Assembly (NCBI GenBank): GCA_903891475.1
Contig: CAITEP010000015.1
Span: 32,334-96,333, forward strand
Direction of reading: 5' to 3'
Length of the DNA: 64,000 nt
DNA from: an uncultured Mucilaginibacter sp.
GTDB taxonomy: Bacteria > Bacteroidota > Bacteroidia > Sphingobacteriales > Sphingobacteriaceae
How positions within the stretch are numbered: the stretch's first letter is position 1; the number at the start of each line of letters is the position of its first letter. Positions 58,230 through 64,000 of the stretch are shown one piece after another. The position numbers and the translations under genes were made by a program. A model generated the notes under the pieces. The model was not told the origin of the DNA. It did no database searches and worked only from the letters and a program-made list of their open reading frames with translations.

Positions 58230-59747
58230 TTAAATAATGTTCAACATTTTTTGTGTTGCCTTAATGGCGCAAACAGTTTGGTCGGAATCGAGTCCGCGTG
58301 TTATAAATTTTTTCTCGTCGGTTTGCCAAGTAATAATGGTTTCGCATAATGCATCCGAGCTACTTCCGGGGGCAATCCTCACCGCATAGTCAATCAATTT
58401 TGGCAGGCATCTGTCCTTTTTTAGGTAAACCAACGCCAAAGCCTTCATAAAAGCATCAAACTGACCATCACCTTGCGCGCTTTCCTCATATTTTTCGCCA
58501 TCAATTTTTACCGATATGGTTGCCGATGGCCTGAAACCCATGGCATGCATCAATACATACGATTCCACCACCACTTTATCCTCATACAAGCTGCTATCTA
58601 ATACATCCGAGATGATATAGGGCAAATCCTCCTTGGTAACAATTTCTTTTTTATCGCCCAGTTCAATTACACGTTGAGTAACTTTTTTTAGGTCGGCCTC
58701 ATTTAATTTCAGACCAAGTTCTTGCAAGTTTTTTTCGATGTTGGCTTTACCGGATGTTTTTCCGAGCGCGTATTCGCGTTTACGGCCAAAACGCTCCGGA
58801 AGCAAATCGTTAAAATACAGATTGTTTTTGTTATCCCCATCGGCATGTATGCCCGCAGTTTGGGTAAATACATTATCGCCAACAATGGGTTTGTTTGATG
58901 GTATACGGATGCCCGAAAAAGTCTCCACAAGCTTACTTACCTTGTATATGGAATCTTCTTTGATGCTAAACTCTACATCGGGCACAAAATCATGCAAAAC
59001 GGCTACTGCACTTGCTAATGCGGCATTGCCAGCCCTTTCGCCCATGCCATTAACCGTTAGGTGCAAACCATTGGCTCCGGCTCTTACGGCCTCCAGCACA
59101 TTGGCGGTACCTAAATCATAATCATTATGCGCATGAAAATCAAAATGAATACATGGGTATCGGGCAATAATGGTACTTATATAATCAAAGGTTTCCTTTG
59201 GTGTTAAAATGCCCAAGGTATCGGGCAATAAAATTCTTTTCACCGGTTGTTTGGTCAGGAAATCCAAATATTGAAAAACGTACTCCGGCGAATTACGCAT
59301 ACCATTGCTCCAATCTTCCAGATAAACATTGGTTACAATATTGTTTTTATGCGCAAGCTCAATAACATGTTTAATATCGGCAAAATGCTGCTCGGGTGTT
59401 TTTTTAAGCTGATGGGTAAGATGGTTCATTGAGCCCTTGGTAAGCAGATTTTGCACCTTTACCCCTGAATTTACCATCCAATCAATGGATACTCCATTGT
59501 CAACAAACGACAATACTTCTATCCTATCTTCATATCCATTATCATGTGCCCAATTTAAAATGTTTTTAACCGCTTTGAATTCCCCTTCTGATACCCGAGC
59601 CGAGGCAATTTCTACCCTATCTACATGCAACTCTTCTATCAATAGTTGGGTGATGGTCAGCTTTTCGGAGGTTGAAAATGAAACCCCCGATGTTTGTTCG
59701 CCATCGCGAAGTGTGGTATCCATTACCTCTATTTTTCTTCGTTCCAT
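58230..59747 (-). CDS. 2-isopropylmalate synthase-family protein with C-terminal LeuA-dimer/regulatory domain; probable (R)-citramalate synthase
   Basis: 505-aa ORF with DTTLRDGEQ and HAHNDYDLGTAN motifs, plus a ~130-aa C-terminal regulatory-type domain. It sits between leuD and leuB. Confidence 0.7.
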   Translation of the reverse strand: MERRKIEVMDTTLRDGEQTSGVSFSTSEKLTITQLLIEELHVDRVEIASARVSEGEFKAVKNILNWAHDNGYEDRIEVLSFVDNGVSIDWMVNSGVKVQNLLTKGSMNHLTHQLKKTPEQHFADIKHVIELAHKNNIVTNVYLEDWSNGMRNSPEYVFQYLDFLTKQPVKRILLPDTLGILTPKETFDYISTIIARYPCIHFDFHAHNDYDLGTANVLEAVRAGANGLHLTVNGMGERAGNAALASAVAVLHDFVPDVEFSIKEDSIYKVSKLVETFSGIRIPSNKPIVGDNVFTQTAGIHADGDNKNNLYFNDLLPERFGRKREYALGKTSGKANIEKNLQELGLKLNEADLKKVTQRVIELGDKKEIVTKEDLPYIISDVLDSSLYEDKVVVESYVLMHAMGFRPSATISVKIDGEKYEESAQGDGQFDAFMKALALVYLKKDRCLPKLIDYAVRIAPGSSSDALCETIITWQTDEKKFITRGLDSDQTVCAIKATQKMLNII

Positions 59748-59803
59748 GTTAAGGATTTTGTTTTTGGGATTTAAAAAAACCCGGATATCATATAAATGGT
59801 TTT

Positions 59804-59833
59804 AGCAATTGGATCAGGGGTTTTCCAATTGCT
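59804..59833. other. perfect 10-bp-stem hairpin inside the leu operon (leuD / synthase-paralog spacer)
   Basis: agcaattgga - 10-nt loop - tccaattgct. Confidence 0.6.
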
Positions 59834-59877
59834 TTTATCACTAAATAACCCAATAAGGGTTTATAATTGGTTTTAAA

Positions 59878-60474
59878 TTAAATAGGAAGTTGAGAGGCAA
59901 ATTCCTGAATTTCTGATTTTATGCTCAATAGGTAATCTAAATCATCAAACCCATTTTTCATATTATCTTTTTTGTAACTGCTAATATCAAAAGTTTCTTT
60001 TTCGCCGGTTGATAAGATGGTTATGGTTTGCTCGGTCAAGTTTACCTCCAATTCTGTTTTCGGATTGGCGTGGATGGCCTCAAAAATTTTATCAGAAAAC
60101 TCAGGACTAACCTGTACTGGCAATACACCTACGTTAAGGCAATTATTCCTGAAAATATCTGCAAAAAAGCTCGATACCACACACCTGAAACCATAATCGT
60201 ACACTGCCCAGGCCGCATGCTCACGCGATGAGCCAGAACCAAAGTTTTTACCACCTACCAAAATTTTGCCCCCATACAATGGATTGTTTAGGACAAAATC
60301 TTTTTTAGGGGTATTATCGGCATTATAACGCCAATCGCGAAAAAGGTTATCGCCAAAGCCAACACGCTCGGTCGCTTTTAAAAAGCGAGCCGGAATCAAC
60401 TGGTCGGTATCAACGTTTTCTATTGGCAATGGTACTGCTGTACTTGTAAGTATATTAAATTTATCGTAAGCCAT
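59878..60474 (-). CDS. leuD: 3-isopropylmalate dehydratase small subunit
   Basis: 198-aa ORF with a GKNFGSGSSREHA motif. Confidence 0.9.
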   Translation of the reverse strand: MAYDKFNILTSTAVPLPIENVDTDQLIPARFLKATERVGFGDNLFRDWRYNADNTPKKDFVLNNPLYGGKILVGGKNFGSGSSREHAAWAVYDYGFRCVVSSFFADIFRNNCLNVGVLPVQVSPEFSDKIFEAIHANPKTELEVNLTEQTITILSTGEKETFDISSYKKDNMKNGFDDLDYLLSIKSEIQEFASQLPI

Positions 60475-60491
60475 TTTAGTATTTTTTGTTG

Positions 60492-61898
60492 TTAAACAAG
60501 TTCTTCAATTAAGGTACGTGGGTCTGTTACTTTACCGGTAATGGCGGCGGCGGCGGCAACCAACGGACTAGCCAACATGGTGCGTGCGCCAGGCCCCTGA
60601 CGGCCTTCAAAGTTACGGTTAGAGGTACTTACCGCATATTTACCAGCCGGAACTTTATCATCGTTCATAGCCAAGCATGCAGAGCAACCCGGTTGACGCA
60701 ATTCAAAACCAGCTTCGGTTAAAATATCCAACAAGCCTTCATCTTTTATTTGCTTTTCAACAATGTGCGAGCCAGGTACCAGCCAAGCTGTAACACCCTC
60801 GGCCTTATGTTTTCCTTTTACAAGGGAAGTAAATAACCTGAAATCTTCAATGCGGCCATTGGTACAGCTGCCAACAAATACATAATCAACTTTTTTTCCT
60901 AACATGGAATCACCTTCCGAAAAGCCCATGTAGTTTAATGATTTTTCGTAAGTAGTAACCCCACCTTCTACATGCGAAGCATCAGGAATAGCGTGCGAAA
61001 TGCCCATACCCATTCCTGGGTTGGTACCATAGGTAATCATCGGTTCAATATCGGCAGCATTAAAAGTTAGCTCTTTATCAAAAACAGCATCCGGGTCGGT
61101 TTTTAAGGTGCGGTAATAAGCCAATGCCTTTTCCCAAGCCTCGCCTTTAGGGCTAAACTCTCTGCCTTTTACATAATTGATGGTAGTTTCATCTGGGGCT
61201 ATCATGCCACCACGTGCGCCCATTTCAATGCTAAGGTTGCAAACGGTCATGCGGCCTTCCATGGTCATGTTTTCAAAAACATCTCCCGCATATTCCACAA
61301 AATAGCCTGTCGCGCCAGAGGTTGTTAATTTCGATATGATGTACAAAGCAACATCCTTAGGTGTAACGCCAAACCCTAATTTGCCATTTATATTGATACG
61401 CATTTTTTTAGGCTTAGGCTGCATGATACATTGTGATGAAAGCACCATCTCCACCTCAGAAGTACCTATACCAAACGCGATGGCACCAAAAGCACCATGG
61501 GTTGAGGTATGTGAATCGCCACAAACAATGGTTGCACCGGGTTGGGTTATGCCATACTCCGGACCAACTACGTGTACAATACCATTTTTTTGGTGTCCAA
61601 GGCCCCAATAACTAATACCATTTTCATTGGCATTGGTTTCTAAAGCTTTTAGCTGGTTGGCCGATAATGGATCGGCAACCGGTAAATGTTGGTTAATAGT
61701 TGGAGTATTATGATCGGCAGTCGCGAAGGTACGCTCAGGGAACAATACCTTAATGCCCCTGGTTTTTAAACCTAAAAAGGCTACCGGACTGGTAACTTCG
61801 TGTATCAAATGGCGATCGATGAATAATACATCCGGACCACCTTCAATTTTGCGAACCACATGGGTATCCCAAACCTTATCAAATAATGTTTTGCTCAT
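60492..61898 (-). CDS. leuC: 3-isopropylmalate dehydratase large subunit
   Basis: 468-aa aconitase-family ORF with Fe-S cysteines in VGSCTNGR and GCSACLAMN. Confidence 0.95.
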   Translation of the reverse strand: MSKTLFDKVWDTHVVRKIEGGPDVLFIDRHLIHEVTSPVAFLGLKTRGIKVLFPERTFATADHNTPTINQHLPVADPLSANQLKALETNANENGISYWGLGHQKNGIVHVVGPEYGITQPGATIVCGDSHTSTHGAFGAIAFGIGTSEVEMVLSSQCIMQPKPKKMRININGKLGFGVTPKDVALYIISKLTTSGATGYFVEYAGDVFENMTMEGRMTVCNLSIEMGARGGMIAPDETTINYVKGREFSPKGEAWEKALAYYRTLKTDPDAVFDKELTFNAADIEPMITYGTNPGMGMGISHAIPDASHVEGGVTTYEKSLNYMGFSEGDSMLGKKVDYVFVGSCTNGRIEDFRLFTSLVKGKHKAEGVTAWLVPGSHIVEKQIKDEGLLDILTEAGFELRQPGCSACLAMNDDKVPAGKYAVSTSNRNFEGRQGPGARTMLASPLVAAAAAITGKVTDPRTLIEELV

Positions 61899-61909
61899 CT
61901 TTTTATGAT

Positions 61910-63103
61910 TTATTTATTATCCGCTTTTTCAAGCGATTGTATGTTATTCTGATAACTATTCACCAATTGGTTCAAGTCGTCGTCGTTTAAATCCAGTTTA
62001 TTATCGGCCAAAGTTAAAAATTCTTTATAAACCGCGTCAAGCTCTTGTTTGTCGAGTTTATGACCAAGTCGTTCCAAATGGAATTTTAGCGCATGCCTGC
62101 CGCTACGTGCCGTAAGTACAATGGTAGCACTTGGGAAACCCACATCCTCCGGACGAATAATCTCGTAGTTTTCACGGTTCTTTAAAAAACCATCCTGATG
62201 TATGCCCGAACTATGCGCGAAGGCATTGCCACCCACTATTGCCTTGTTAGGCTGTACCGGCATTCTCATTTGGGTACTTACCATACGGCTCATTTCGTAG
62301 AAGTTACGGGCATTGATATTGGTATGCAAACCCAAGTTTTGATGAGTTTTTAATATCATTACCACTTCCTCTATCGAAGTATTGCCGGCACGTTCACCAA
62401 TGCCGTTGATGGTACCTTCTACTTGGCGGGCACCATTTTCCAACCCTGCAATTGAATTGGCAGTTGCCAAACCCAAATCATTGTGGCAATGAACAGAAAT
62501 GATGGCCTTGTCAATATTTTTTACGTTTTCTTTCAGATACTTAATTTTTGCGCCATATTGGTTTGGCAGGCAATAGCCATTGGTATCTGGAATATTTACC
62601 ACAGTGGCTCCCGCGGCTATTACAGCCTCTACCATTTGCGCCAAATAAACAATATCGGCCCTGCCAGCATCTTCCGCGTAAAATTCAATATCCTCAACAA
62701 ATTGTTTGGCGTATTTTACAGCATCAACCGCACGAGCCAAAATATCTTCCCGGGTGCTATTGAATTTATGCTTGATATGCATATCAGATGCGCCAATGCC
62801 AGTATGGATCCGCGGATGTTTGGCATACTGTAATGATTGCACAGCTACATCAATATCACCACGATTTGCTCGTGTTAACGCGCAAACAGTTGGGTTTTTT
62901 ACAGCTCTTGAAATTTCAACCACACTTTGAAAATCTCCCGGACTAGAAATAGGGAACCCTGCTTCAATAATATCAACGCCCAAAGCTTCCAGTTCTTTGG
63001 CAATTTCAATTTTTTCGGGGGTTGTCAACTGGCAACCTGGCACCTGTTCCCCATCACGCAGGGTGGTATCAAAAATATAAACGCGGTTCGGATCGTGTAA
63101 CAT
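61910..63103 (-). CDS. leuA: 2-isopropylmalate synthase, short form lacking the C-terminal regulatory domain
   Basis: 397-aa ORF with [21 protein letters not shown] and the full TIM barrel plus linker. It ends before a LeuA-dimer domain would begin. Confidence 0.85.
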   Translation of the reverse strand: MLHDPNRVYIFDTTLRDGEQVPGCQLTTPEKIEIAKELEALGVDIIEAGFPISSPGDFQSVVEISRAVKNPTVCALTRANRGDIDVAVQSLQYAKHPRIHTGIGASDMHIKHKFNSTREDILARAVDAVKYAKQFVEDIEFYAEDAGRADIVYLAQMVEAVIAAGATVVNIPDTNGYCLPNQYGAKIKYLKENVKNIDKAIISVHCHNDLGLATANSIAGLENGARQVEGTINGIGERAGNTSIEEVVMILKTHQNLGLHTNINARNFYEMSRMVSTQMRMPVQPNKAIVGGNAFAHSSGIHQDGFLKNRENYEIIRPEDVGFPSATIVLTARSGRHALKFHLERLGHKLDKQELDAVYKEFLTLADNKLDLNDDDLNQLVNSYQNNIQSLEKADNK

Positions 63104-63120
63104 ATGTTTTTTTATTTTAG

Positions 63121-63221
63121 TACCTAGTATCTAGTAGTTAGTATCAAGTACATTCTTTTATTAGTATGATGTAGCTGGTAAGTAAAAGCTAGTACTTTTT
63201 TTAGTCTTGATACTAGGTATC
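63121..63221. repeat. TAGTATC heptamer array with inverted copy (leu leader region)
   Basis: tagtatc-tagtagt-tagtatc lie in tandem (63125-63145), with tagtatg at 63162-63168. cttgatactaggta (63206-63219) is complementary to both tacctagtatc (63121-63131) and tagtatcaag (63139-63148). Confidence 0.75.
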
Positions 63222-63226
63222 AGTAT

Positions 63227-63982
63227 CTATTCCTTCACAGCTATAAACCTTAATCTTTTATAATCAGCGTACCATTGGCCATTTTCGTTGTATAATGGTT
63301 CCAGCAGGCTGGTAATTTCTTTCAATATTGTTTTTTGTTCGTCAGCCGGAATACCGATTAGGTATTGACTTCCGAACATTGCTATCCATTTGGCCACCCC
63401 TTCGTCACCATCTTGCAAGGGTGTTTTCCTATCGAAATGGGCTGCAAAGGTTACCCTAAAGCCATGATCCTCCAGTTTTTTGGTATACTCACCTAATCCG
63501 GGGAAATACCATAATACCAATGCCGCTTGGTCTACATAGCCGTGTTTTAACAACACCTCTCTGGTAACAGAAATCAGTTTTTCCATGTTTCCCCTGCCAC
63601 CAAATTCGGCTACAAAACGCCCACCCGGTTTAAGGTTTTCATAAACAGATTCAATCAATGTATCGGCCTCTTTGATCCAATGCAAGACCGCATTCGAAAA
63701 AATGGCATCAAATTCACCATCAAAATAAAAGTTAGCCGCATTCGCCACCTTAAATTCAATCTCGGGGAAGCCTTCTTTCGCTTGGGCTATCATCTCGGCA
63801 GAGGAATCAATACCAATAACCGATGCACCTTTGTCTTTTATTAACTTTGTTAAATGACCAGTACCGCAACCTAAATCTAAAATTCGCTCATCGGGTTTCG
63901 CATCCAGCAAATCGAGCAAGCCTTCACCATATTGGTATACAAAGGCGTGGTTTTGGTCGTATAATTCGGCATTCCACTTCAT
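63227..63982 (-). CDS. class I SAM-dependent methyltransferase (trans-aconitate methyltransferase-like)
   Basis: 251-aa ORF. The N-terminus WNAELYDQNHAFV and SAM motif ILDLGCGTGHLT resemble the Tam family. Confidence 0.8.
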   Translation of the reverse strand: MKWNAELYDQNHAFVYQYGEGLLDLLDAKPDERILDLGCGTGHLTKLIKDKGASVIGIDSSAEMIAQAKEGFPEIEFKVANAANFYFDGEFDAIFSNAVLHWIKEADTLIESVYENLKPGGRFVAEFGGRGNMEKLISVTREVLLKHGYVDQAALVLWYFPGLGEYTKKLEDHGFRVTFAAHFDRKTPLQDGDEGVAKWIAMFGSQYLIGIPADEQKTILKEITSLLEPLYNENGQWYADYKRLRFIAVKE

Positions 63983-64000
63983 AATTCATTCAATTGTCTG

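Noticed and set aside
59437-59805. 122-aa plus-strand ORF that would be 'terminated' by the 59804-59833 hairpin plus TTTTAT
   Set aside because: The ORF is antisense to the N-terminal catalytic region of the synthase paralog and is Ser/Thr-rich low complexity. The apparent plus-strand terminator context is therefore probably coincidental.

Overview
The gene content and protein families of this 64-kb chromosomal segment fit a Bacteroidota genome, probably Sphingobacteriia/Pedobacter-like. That attribution is an inference. I support about 57 protein-coding genes, one tRNA (Ala-GGC), and several intrinsic-terminator hairpins and short intergenic repeats. I found no rRNA, CRISPR array, transposase, integrase or recognisable defence genes, and most of the window is housekeeping. 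The housekeeping genes include pdxA, rsmA, kup, rdgB, a SurA-like PPIase with MoxR, lpdA, mlaEF, hemA with a fused hemC-hemD, a pullulanase, a ClC channel, and a leuA-leuC-leuD-(citramalate-synthase-like)-leuB operon. Seven things deserve a second look. (1) A cytoplasmic hybrid histidine kinase has about 10 tandem 21-residue repeats as its only N-terminal module. (2) The non-coding interval 7466-9883 (about 2.4 kb, very A+T-rich) contains only tRNA-Ala, a strong orphan minus-strand terminator (possible sRNA) and phased A/T tracts. (3) The long kup leader carries three copies of a 12-16-nt motif and an attenuator-like hairpin. (4) An uncharacterised four-gene operon encodes GbsR-like, DCC-membrane fusion, TIGR01777 and membrane-SRPBCC proteins. 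(5) An envelope-stress-like neighbourhood encodes SDR, PspC and a LiaF-like toast-rack protein, next to a convergent pair of GYF_2-RDD paralogs. (6) Intergenic spacers show extreme strand-asymmetric composition, with C-free and G-free runs of 60-70 nt, organised as word repeats and long imperfect palindromes. (7) The leu leader region contains a TAGTATC heptamer array and a 9-codon mini-ORF. I saw no obvious novel multi-gene system such as a defence or mobile island. The items above are leads, not demonstrated systems.
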